Both the position numbers and the translations under genes were made by a program. From Azolla caroliniana (Eukaryota; Plantae; Polypodiophyta): a DNA stretch of 64,000 nt. This document shows, one piece after another, positions 35,953 to 46,686 of this stretch. The stretch covers positions 13,888,001-13,952,000 of the forward strand of contig JBHGNT010000005.1 of NCBI GenBank assembly GCA_043228905.1, read 5' to 3'. The stretch's first letter is position 1; each line of letters opens with the position of its first letter. Below the pieces are notes generated by a model. That model was not told the origin of the DNA. It saw nothing but the letters and a program-made list of their open reading frames with translations, and searched no databases.

Positions 35953-38900
35953 TTTATGATACCAAATATTAGTCTATCATATTAAAATTCTCAACAATAT
36001 GGATATGGAATCAATATAAGCCATACCTACCCTTCAATATGATACATATCCTTGTATAATTATTAAGATATATAATTTTCAAAGTTGAATAGCCCTTACT
36101 AGATTTAAATTCCAAATAAAGGTTTATCATGTTCACAAAAAGTATGATTGATATTTAGAGTTTAGCACAAATCGTTTGCTAGTTTTTCTCTTGATACACT
36201 TATGTATATTTTAATATACAACCTTAATCTCGGCAACCACCTAACTTATATTTTCGCACGTCCTTTCTTAAATAGGTCATTTGAGAACTTGTCAGACCGA
36301 CTTGTGAAGAGAATAAAGCTCTGGATTCAAGGCTCTCCAATTGAGACCTGTAAACTAATAGTTCCTCAGAACATGAAGAGAGGAAAAAAGCTTCTCTTCA
36401 ACGAGGAGCCAAAATCTCAACCATCCGATGATGTTAGCCAAAAGAAAATGTTAGCAGCTACTGGTGGTGAGGACCTTCTTGACCGTGATCTAACGGAAAA
36501 GGAATGGTGTATGCAATACGTCGACTCCAAGGAAAAAGTCGTGCTTTATATAGCAAAGAAGAAGGGCGACGGTCAGCTTGAAAATGACATCGCATTTATG
36601 TATGGCTATATTCTACGATTTGACTACGAAGATTTAGATTCAGCCAACATTCTTGTAATGATAGAGTGCTTGAAGGGGGTACGTAAAGTGTACCTTTCTG
36701 AAGATCGACTTGTGGGCCAGAATCTTTTACAAAAGATCTTCAAAGATCACAAAACCTTATTGTCACCTGGAGGCCTTATATACAAGGCCATGTAACTCTA
36801 AGGGAGCCCTTTCCCTCCCTAGTGAAGGCCCCGAAAAGGGCATCGAAAGTGAAATCAAGACCAGCAAAAAAGAAGACCACTAAAATGTTGGACTCCGACT
36901 CATCAAGCTCAAATGAAGATGAGGACACTAGGGGGACGCCAAGTGCTGAGCTGGCATCGGGTGTGTTGTCATCCGAGCAGAATAAGATACGGAGAGAGTT
37001 AACGCAGCGTAAACTGGTGAGAAAAGGGCAAGGGTTTAATTTGCCTATAATTTGCCTGTAGATGAAGAAAAAAGACAAAGACCACTTGAGATTAGAGAGC
37101 CACACCGAATGCATGTTCAAAATCTCAAGAAAAAAATGAAAAATAATCCACATGCTACCGTTATGCCTTTTATTGTTATGGTGGATCCCAAAGAATGTGA
37201 AACCAGTGAAGAATTCGACATAAGAAAGCATGATCAATACAATTACTTTGTAATTGGTGGATCGCATTCGGCAGAGACACATCGGCAACTTGTGAGAGAA
37301 CATCCAACGACTTTCTTCTTCAAGTATGCCGAGTGTAAAATTTACGTGGGCCTCACAACTAAAGAGGCAAAGCTTTTGGCATGGGACCACAATAATGATA
37401 ATGACTATAGGCAGAAAATGTCATCGATTGAGCGTATAAGGTTCTTCCACCACAAGTACTTGGACGTCAAACAAAAGTTCGGTGTGAAGCTACATCCAGG
37501 CCTACGACGTCAATGCTTGCATGAAGTCGGCATTGTGGTGGATGATAATGTTAAGTTTGATGGTCTTCGGAAATATGAGTCCTGGTTTCAACTTGCCTTT
37601 AGAGATGGAGAAGTATGGGACCTACAACATCAAATCTTCTCAATGTGGGAGAATAAGGAGGTCAAGGGTCAACGACAAAAGAAATGTAAGGTAGACCCTC
37701 AACTAGAATTAAAGTCATGAGTGGCCAAGAAAATTGATTTGACAATTGAAGAAGCGGCTGACGACATGAAGCTGTCTTTGTGGAGAGCGATGCAAGGTAT
37801 TAAAGACGAGCAACTTGTTGTGTCTGTTTTGTCAAGGGTTGTGGCGAAAGATTTAAGCCTTGAAGAAATGGTCACTGAGTTCAATAAGTAAGTCTTTCAA
37901 ATAGTGATATTGAATTCAATATGGTGCAATTGAAAGTTCTAATCTCGTTTTCTAATTTAACAGTCATAAGATGTACATGAAGATCGAAGAAGTTATGATG
38001 AAACAACTTGGATGTATTGGGAACAAGTGACTGTGGATTATCCTCTAACGTCTTCATATAAGGCGTTATCCGAGTATTTTATTGCATTCAAGAATTGGGT
38101 TAGTATTGGTGTTTTTCATTAAGCTTTCCTCATATGTAGAGGTTGTGTAATAATACTTGATGTCTTATTGCTTCCATTAGAAACCGTGTCGTGGCAAGAA
38201 ACAAGGAGAAGTTAACGATATACAAGATTTCCCGAAATCCTTCCTTTCACATCTCGAGAGAGCCAGAAAAGAAAAGGATCGTCTCTTACTCAAGGCATAC
38301 GAAATTCAGGAAGATGGCTCCTTCAAAAAATTTAGCCACAAAAAGGATATTAAGAGATATTTACTACAACGTGATTTGCGGCGATGTCGTTGACATGATC
38401 CAAAAAGTGCCAAAGAAGGAATATACGCTAATGATTGCTGATATTCCATACAGATTTCGAATGGCAGGGTCATCATACGACGATGAACCGTTTAGGTTCA
38501 AATAGTTAGAGAAGATGGTCAAAGATTTTGCTAAGCTAATGACTGCATCGTTCTGGACGATAGTTGTCTTTCATAGTATGGACCAAGGGTACTTGATAGC
38601 TCAAGGTTTGAGATCTCGTTGCCATGGCATCGAGAACCTTGGTTGGTAAGGATTATTTATAAGTCTCATTCACTATATTGCCTTTCTTAAGATTGTTCAA
38701 TCTATTCTTAACTCGATGCAATATTTGTTATAGGATAAAAACCAATGTCAATAGAGGGCCAAACTTTCGATTCGTAAATGCCATTGAATACATTACGGTT
38801 AGCTACTTTGATGAAATAAAGAAACAAAGAATCAAGGAGCATTCTTATGAAGTTGGACGTTCAAATCTGCTGGTATATCCAGCAGTGACACGAAAATTGC

Positions 38901-40602
38901 GACATGTCACCACGATAGAACGGGGACTTGTCAACCCATACCAAAAAGCTCAACGACTTATGATGCATTTGATTGAGATGTTTTCTGTAGAAGGAGATTG
39001 GATATTAGACCTCTTTTCTGGCATAGGTATTCCTCGAACTAGGTTAACAATCTTGAGATAACCAATACGGATTCTTTTTTGTTTGAAAACTAATTCTTCT
39101 TGTTACTTTCTTTACAGGGACAACGTCTACATGTGCATTGAAGCTCTTTAGAAACACAGTTGCATTGGAGAAGGACGAGGAGCAAGTTATATTTATAAAC
39201 ATGAGGATCAAGGCTTTGTGGGAGTGCCCAAACCAGGACGAGGAGGTCGGTGCAGAGAACCTCACTGATACCAAAAGGTTTCAAGCTACTTCGTGAGAGC
39301 CTATTCCTCCGTTAGTTGGGGAACCGAGGGAGCTAATAGAGCTTGATGATGAGCTTATAGAAGATATTTCGTTGGCTCGGCTAACAGGGGAAGACAATGC
39401 ATGTATAGCCGAAGAGACTTCTATACAGGATGAAGAAGAAAATGACATTGACGAGTTGCTTGCTATGTAATAGACTCTTTTGTTCACGAATGTATTGTTT
39501 CGAATTCACATTACTAATACAAATTTTGGGTTTTACTTGGTGGATTCCATTCTTTATAATCTTCTATATGTTTCAATTTTATTTCTATATACTTGGTTTG
39601 TAGACTTATGACATTGGTTTCACCGCGTGCATTGCTGACTACCAATATGGAGAAACATGAATTAGTTTAAATTAAGGCCGATTTAGGTCAAACATTACCT
39701 TAACATAACATGCTCGTAGAATTGTTGCCATGACTGTCCATGTTGTAATTTGCGATCAATTGTTGAGATTGTCATTCCGTGTCTAATATATACCAGTCCA
39801 TATATTATGGATCTTTGTCTTCTATTGTTAAAACTATTATGTTTCTCTTCCATTGCTGCTTAGATTGTGTAGTGTGTTGATAATGGTTCCACTAGCGTTA
39901 TCCGCATGTTTTTATACGCTTGTAGTTCCACTAGCGTTATCGTTCGAAGTTTGATCCCATGTCAATCACCTAAGGAATAGATTAGATCAATTTTAAATAC
40001 AAGTATGAAAACCTTAATAGGTTTGTTATTTCCACCACATTATCCTAAAGTTCACTGTCTTACATTGTCCACAATTATATACATATGATTTGATCCCATA
40101 CGAACGAACTGAGGAATAGATTAGATAAACTTTAAATACAAGTATTAAATACCTTAATAAGTTAGTTATTCCAATCGCATTATCCTAAAGTTCACTACCC
40201 TACATTGTCCACAATTATATACATGCAAGTATGGATCAAAGTATAAATTATAACTCATTTTATTAGTATGGTTACAAGTACACCTCATATTTTTGTAAAA
40301 CTTACCAAATTAATATAAGTCTTTAACTTAGTGTTTCCCATGTCGCACATTAGTGAGATATTGAGCCATTGTTGAACTTTATTATGCCTACAGTAACTTA
40401 TCAACACATCCAAACTTATTTGAATTTCTAATGATCTCCACTCATAGACCTATCATGTATTTTTATATTTGCAAATTCTAATCAAGTTGTGGAACATGTG
40501 ATACTAGTGCATCCAATTTTTGTAGAGCAGGTATATTTGGATATTTTCAAGAAGATTCTACAAATGAAATGCGCGATCCTTCCACTTGTGAACGCGAACG
40601 TG
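35953..40602 (+). mobile_element. Putative methyltransferase-carrying mobile element, copy 2 (left end not seen, abuts C2 LTR)
   Basis: Same right terminus ...CTTGTGAACGCGAACGTG as at 1991, with a different flank. Confidence 0.55.
36276..39470 (+). pseudogene. ParB/Srx-like domain + beta-class DNA amino-methyltransferase gene, copy 2 (predicted exons 36276-37887, 37964-38098, 38181-38645, 38734-39026, 39118-39470)
   Basis: ParB-like HVQNLKKKM..PFIVMVD..YFVIGGSHSAE..AWDHN; MTase VICGD..LMIADIPY, W-IKTN..E-I, NPYQK, DLFSGIGTT; GT-AG introns; stops at 37718, 38503 and ~39294 plus frameshifts near 36790 and 37050. Confidence 0.85.
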
Positions 40603-40613
40603 TTGGGGGATAA

Positions 40614-41047
40614 TGTCATGAAGACATACATTTTGGCCTTACAAGGATTTGAGCCCAAGACTTCTTGGTCTATATGTTAGGCCTTTAGCCATTATAATAA
40701 CATATATGATGTATAATTATAATAACTAATGTACTATTAGTTATTATAGATATTTAGAGTATTCTAAAACATTCTAGAATATTCCATGATTATATTAAAT
40801 ATCATAAATATCATAAATATTCTAGAACATTCTAGAATACTCCATGAGAACCTATAAATAGGTGTCTACTCATTCATCACAACTCATTCGGTTCAACACC
40901 AGTTTGTAACCCCTTAGCCTACTCGTTGTAATCTTTGCTCTCTTATAATATAAACTCTCTTTCCATTTCTAGTGTTCTCTCTCTCTCTCTCTACCTTCTA
41001 TTGTCATCTTATCTTTCTCTCTCCTATTCTCGAGTCTCGACATGACA
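40614..41047 (+). repeat. Solo-LTR-like sequence with degenerate antisense tRNA-like motif
   Basis: TGTCATG...CATGACA termini, TATAAATA at ~40853, CT-rich 3' part; no TSD seen. Confidence 0.65.
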
Positions 41048-41988
41048 AAGTGTTCGGCTATACTGTGTCGGTAAAACAACCCTCGATCCTTCGTGTCGCT
41101 CACATATCACAATAGTCAATGTGCGCATTGAAGATGCTCGACAGTTGGTCGTTGCATGAACTGATTTATCACACTGACTGGATAGCTACAGTCAGCTCGA
41201 GTGATGAAACTTGATGTCGACCGATGATCCGTGGCATCTCCGGCCCAATCGGCATTAGTATAGTCGACCAAGTGTTCGACTATACTGTGTTGATACAATA
41301 GCTCTCGATCCTTCGTGTCGCTCACATATCGCAATAGTAGATGCGCACACTAAAGATGCTCAACAGTTGGTCGGTGCATGAATTGACTTATCACATTGAC
41401 TGGATAGCTAAGGTTGGGTTGGGTGATGGTTAAATATATGAGTCTCCCAAACATTTGTCGGAACCATTTCTCATTGCAACCAGCTCCTAAGTTGGGATGA
41501 AGCTTTAGGTTTTTGTCGAGAGGAGTAGAGAGGAATCAACAATCCATCATGCCGAATTTGTATAACATATTCAGCAACATAATATCGTTGAGATAACAAT
41601 ACGTCGTCTGGAGTGTGAATCACTTCGATCCCAAGGAAGTAGTGAAGGTCCCCCAGGTCCTTCATCTCGAATGCGTCTGACAACTTGAACTTTACTCGGT
41701 CGGCCGATTTCGGCAAGGTTGGGTCCGATGATGACCATGTCATCCACATACAAAAAAATGCACATCGGGCCTTTCCAGCTGAATAGAGAAGAGTCAGATT
41801 TGGAGGCCGCAAACCCCATCTTATGCAATTGGTGCGTGATTTTGGAGTTTTAAACACAGAGGGCTTGCTTGAGGCCGTCAAGCGACTTCTTTAGTCGACA
41901 CACTGCCGACCTGTTCATCTCCAACTAAAATCCGGGTGGTTGGACCATAAATAGTTGTTCTTCAAGATCTCCTTGAAGAAACACATTT
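41048..41988 (-). pseudogene. Decayed copia RT/RNaseH fragment with internal ~140-bp duplication
   Basis: LYVDD, FEMKDLGDLHYFLGIEV, YTNADWAGD motifs. Confidence 0.8.
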
Positions 41989-43262
41989 TGTTGGGAAACA
42001 TGTCCCTCCGGATGGAAGAGAAGGACCGTGTTGGTGAGAAACCAAAACCAAAACCGAAATCGGAAACCAAAATAGAAATCGTAATCGAATATCGAAATCG
42101 TTTCGGAAGACTATAATTGTAAATAGTCTAAAATGCCCATGTGGGCTATACTTGTAAATAGCCATAAAGTTGCTTTTGTTTATAAGCAACTAGGGCAATC
42201 TTTAGTAAGTATGTAGTTGATCATTATTGAAAAGTTAGAATGAGGTAGTTGTCTCTTTAACAGTGAGCGTGAGAGAGTGAGAGTGTAACTTTGTAGTCGT
42301 CTGTCAAACGAAGGAGAACTCGAGGTCATTGCCTCCAAGTTCTGTACTTGTACTTCCTCTCTACTATAGTGATTTGTTTTTCTCGAGGTTTGTGGAGCCC
42401 CATGGTTTTTCCCATTTTGGGTTTTCCACGTAAAACATTGGTGTCTCTATGTCTGCACGACTTTTTCTTGTTTGTGTACTAGTTCTTGATTTCTGCACAC
42501 GAACACGAACGTGTAACTGGTTGTGGCTGGTCGATTTCTAACAAATTGGTATCAGAACGATGGAAGACTTGTTCAGTGGCATGTTTAAGCTAACCGGCTC
42601 CAACTACGCAGTGTGGAAGTCGAAGATGAGAGATATCCTCGTGTGTAAAGACCTCTGGCTACCGGTGTAGTTCAGAGATAAAAGACCAAAGAAGATTGAT
42701 GCAGTGACTGAAGCCGGCCGCATATATAAGGTGTTTTATAGACATGAGTCTATACAACAACTTCGGCGAAGAAATAGAAGCAGAAATCCTATGGAAGACG
42801 ATTGGCGTTATGTTCGAAAACAAGAACGTCGTGAATCGAGTCTCAGTATTTCGAAAAATCATGAGGCTCCGGTATCAGGATGGCGGAGCACATCAATGTC
42901 TTCTAAGGATTGATGAACCAAACCACCCATGGCTAATGAGGTATTACCATTATTGTTGCTGGGATATCCGGAAAGGTATTACCAATATTGTTGCTAGGAT
43001 ATCCAAAAAGGTATTACCATTATTGTTGCTGGGATCCCTTTCGGATAGCTGGGAGACACTGCTTGTCACGTTGGGCAACATTGGATTGGGAGGGAAACAT
43101 CTATCCGTAGAGCAGGTGAAGTCGAGCTTGCTGAATGAATAAGCTCGCCGGAAGAATCATGAGTCCAATACCGACCAGAAGGCCTTAGTGACAGTAGGTG
43201 ACACGATTTAGGGAAGAGGCCGAAATCGAAGTCCCTAGAATCGAGATAAGTCGGGGACCAGG
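41989..43262 (+). mobile_element. Truncated Ty1/copia C4: 5' LTR 41989-42543, PBS-Met 42547-42556, decayed gag
   Basis: TG..CA LTR resembling C1/C5 LTRs; FKLTGSNY..WKSKM and LLGSLSDSWETL gag motifs; three ~35-bp tandem units at ~42940-43038. Confidence 0.82.
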
Positions 43263-44426
43263 TGTCATAGACAGGATGCCACATGGAATGGTGGGGGTTG
43301 AACCCATGACCTATTGGTCTTATTGGGCAACCTTACCAATTGAGCTACATCCATCTATGCATTACTGTATTGTCTAAGACTCAACTTATTTCATTATAGA
43401 TTGATCACTAGAAATTTCAAGAATCTTCTAGAGAATGCATCTTCATGCACTCTCTAGACGTCTTCTAGCTTTCATGCATACCTCCACATTCTTGTATAAA
43501 TACTGGGGTGCACCTTGATTACAATCAAGGTGAACAACACCAGTTGCGAAAGCATATACAATTCTTGTTTATTTGTCTATCCTCTCTCTTGCTTGTTCTC
43601 TTGTCTATGCTCTCTCTCCCGTTATCTCTTAATATCGAGCCTGATCTACTTGTCCTTGACAATCTTGTGATCTTGCTTATGCTCTCAGTCTTGCTTGTTA
43701 GCCTTATTCCACCCGTTCTTGACAGTTTGTTCACCTTCCCATTTTCTAAGCCTCAACATGTCAGATCGCACTGAGAGAATAAATCACCTCATGGAACCCA
43801 TGCATCAACTTCAACTTCAGAATGACAACCTTCGGGAATCGTTACAGAAGCTTCAAGTTGGAACACTGATGGAACTCGAAGAAAAAAACAACTCTCCTCC
43901 TACATCAACAAATGTTCTACCTATAGCGCTTGGTTCCTCGTCTAAGTTTTCTCTGGCTCCTTCCTATCCTACTACAAGTTTGGAGCCTGCACAAGCGTGG
44001 TTTGCACCGTTCGTCGAAACTTCATCACCACTTCTACAAAATTTTCCTTCCTTTCTGGTAGAGTTTGAGGCAACATTTGGGGATACGGACCGATACCAAA
44101 CTGCCATCACCAAACTCTATTCATTACATCAAGGTATGCATCCGGTATCCGTTTATGCCTCTGAATTTAGACAATGAGCATGTGATGTTCAGTGGGATGG
44201 CCAAGCTCTCTCCGACCATTTTCGTCGGGGCCTTGGAAGCGAGATTAAAAATTTACTACTCAACTTTCCGGAGCCTATGTCATTATCGCAAGCCATCACG
44301 CAAGCAGTTCGTTGTGACAATCAGTTGTTTGAGCTTCGTCAAGAGGAATGAGCAACTTCAAGGTGGAAACCCTCTTCGAGATCTTCTCCATCGTCATCGT
44401 ATGATGACCCCGGAACATACTCTTTA
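43263..44426 (+). mobile_element. Truncated Ty3/gypsy G4 (Tcn1/Tf1-like): LTR 43263-43724, self-priming-type PBS 43727-43737, decayed gag from 43758
   Basis: TGTCA...TGACA; TATAAA 43495-43500; gag AQAWF..FLVEFEATFGD..LHQG..VSVYASEFR. Confidence 0.78.
43284..43353 (-). other. tRNA-like sequence with Pol III A/B boxes inside the G4 LTR
   Basis: Minus strand TGGATGTAGCTCAATTGGT...GGGTTCAACCCC..CATTCCA: A box, B box and partial acceptor stem; anticodon arm not canonical. Confidence 0.7.
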
Positions 44427-44482
44427 GGCCAACACATGGCATGCCCGTGGGACAGTGCATTGCATGTCAAACCCACGGTTGA

Positions 44483-44937
44483 TATTATAGATCTTGGTAC
44501 TAATGTAAGCTTAAGATAAGGATAATGAAAAGATAGATAGAAAGGAGAAAGAGAAAGAAGGGTGTCGATCCACCCGACCACCCCCGAGCGAAGGGATCGA
44601 GACGGACTCGAGCCTCGATCGGCGTCCCATACCACCGCCGTGGCGTCGAGTCGTACCTGGTGCTGGCGCGCTCGCTACAAGAGTTGACCCACCACACGAG
44701 CAGAGTCTCGATGTAGTCAAAAGATGATCAAATGAGGGTAGCTAGGCCTCTTATTTATAGCGATACCCAAGGCCCCTAGGCAAGTTCACACTTGACCTAA
44801 TGGGTTGTCTCAATCCCGAGGATTAAAAGTAATCCTCCCCTTCTTTACACTCTCATTTAACCCTCACACTTATCCACGTGTATAGAATACTACGATAAAT
44901 TCTTACCACGGGATATTATATGGTCATGCCCGTAACA
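44483..44937 (-). repeat. Solo LTR of G5 flanked by TSD GTTGA
   Basis: Near-identical to 52793-53247; GTTGA at 44478-44482 and 44938-44942. Confidence 0.9.
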
Positions 44938-45759
44938 GTTGAGCTTCATTATTCTTCATCGAGTATGTCCAGTATACTCTAGTCCAAGGGCTCGACCGGT
45001 TCTTCCTCCATCATTTGTTGCTGCAGTTGTTGATCTAGTTGCTGAGACTATTGTTGTTGCTCCAGACTGGCTTCCTCCGCCTACTCCGTTCAGGATCTAT
45101 CCGTCTGCTGATCCAGCTGTGACTTTGGCAGGTGGGGTCTTGTCCGCATCGACTGCTCCTCATCGTTGATGTTGATTTGTTACACCCATCGTGTAACTTC
45201 CTTCCTCCGGTGCTCCCGCTCATATCCTTCCAGTTGTAGCTGCACATCGAGTTGTTTGTCTTCAAGTTCGTTGACGAGCTTCTAAACTGCCTCTATCTGT
45301 GTGTCGGCCAGGGCATAAAAATCCTCTGACAATTCCTCCTAGATGGTGACTATGCTTTCCTCATGCATCTTATAGAAATTGTCTCCATCCTTCTTCCGGT
45401 TTTCCGCATTCGCTCAGAGCAGGTGGAGTTCCGCCGCTTGTTTCGACCATTGATGCCGAACAATGGATTACCCGTGTATTCTTCCCGTCCCTCCAAGCTC
45501 TAACCAACATCCGGATTCTTCCAATGCCCATTTTGACTTTGTCTTCCGTGGCTGACATTCTGTTCTTTAGCTATTTGATGAGGTTTGTTGCTGTTGTGGT
45601 TTGCGCTTCATACTCCATTAGTTTGGTTTGGTAGGTTGTATGTACCCCATCCAAAACCACCTTTGCTTGTTTCACCACCTGGTAGTGCTTCCAAATAAGC
45701 TATGCGCATTCTTTCGTTGCTTCCTCCAGCACCTTTGTAAAGAAATACGTGTGTGGAAG
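44938..45759 (-). mobile_element. Fragment of unclassified repeat family X (also 44427-44482, 53248-54069, 61553-~62735)
   Basis: GGCCAACACATGGCA-GCCCGTGGGA and downstream sequence shared with 61983 onward; decayed minus-strand ORF ENRKKDGDNFYKM. Confidence 0.65.
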
Positions 45760-46686
45760 CATATTCGTAAATATGTTTGTAAATATGTTTCTAAGAGTCC
45801 ATCGGGGATATATTTGTAAATAGCCAAAAAGTCATATTAGTATAAATATGACTTAGGGCAAACTTAGTATAAGTTGTTGTCATTCTTGTTGGCGCAAGAT
45901 TAGAGTGTAACTGTGTACAGAGAGAGTGAGAGAGAGGAAGAGGTCGTTGCCTCTGTTGTAACCGCCGCCTGTGGCGAAGATAGCAAGCTCGAGGTCGTTG
46001 CTTCAGTGCTTTACTATTGTACATTCTGATATAGTGATAGTTTGCAGTCTGTGGACTGCCGTGGTTTTTCCCTAGTTTGGGTTTTCCACGTTAACATCCT
46101 GTGTACTCTTCTCTTCATTGTGTCGTGCGTTCATTTCCCGTTTTCTGTGTTTGATTCTAAGCTCGGTTGTGACCGAGTGTTGTTCATCTGGAGCGTGTAG
46201 TTCATGTCAAAGTGGAATCAGAGCGAAACGACACAGAAAATGGACGAATCGTTGGGCCGCATGTTCAAGCTCACCGGCTCCAACTATTTAGTGTGGAAGT
46301 CGAAGATGAGGGACATGCTCGTGGTTAAAGATCATTGGTTGCCGGTTCAGTTCGGGGACAAGAGACCAGACAAAATCGATGCCACGATATGGGAGGTGAT
46401 GCACATGAAGACAACAACGTACATACGGTGCTTCATCAACATGAGTCAATACAACAACTTCAATGAAGAGAGCAAGGCTCATGAGCTCTGGGAGAAGATC
46501 GAGATTATGTTTCAGAACAAAAATGTTGTTTATTAGGTTTCGGTAAGTTCACACTTGACCTAATGGGTTGTCTCAATCCCGAGGATTAAAAGTAATCCTC
46601 CCCTTCTTTACACTCTCATTTAACCCTCACACTTATCCACGTGTATAGAATACTACGGTAAATTCTTACCATGGGATATTATATGG

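Larger units (their letters stand above)
44483..46545. repeat. ~2.06-kb direct repeat of 52793-54855 (G5 LTR + X fragment + C5 5' LTR remnant + C5 gag start)
   Basis: Near-identical sequence at offset 8310; many duplicated ORFs in the track. Confidence 0.95.

Noticed and set aside
36276-39470. Bacterial contamination or prophage as source of the ParB-MTase
   Set aside because: Spliceosomal introns at the same positions in two copies, and direct junctions with plant retrotransposons
43284-43353. Functional tRNA gene
   Set aside because: No canonical anticodon arm and it sits inside an LTR; treated as tRNA-derived
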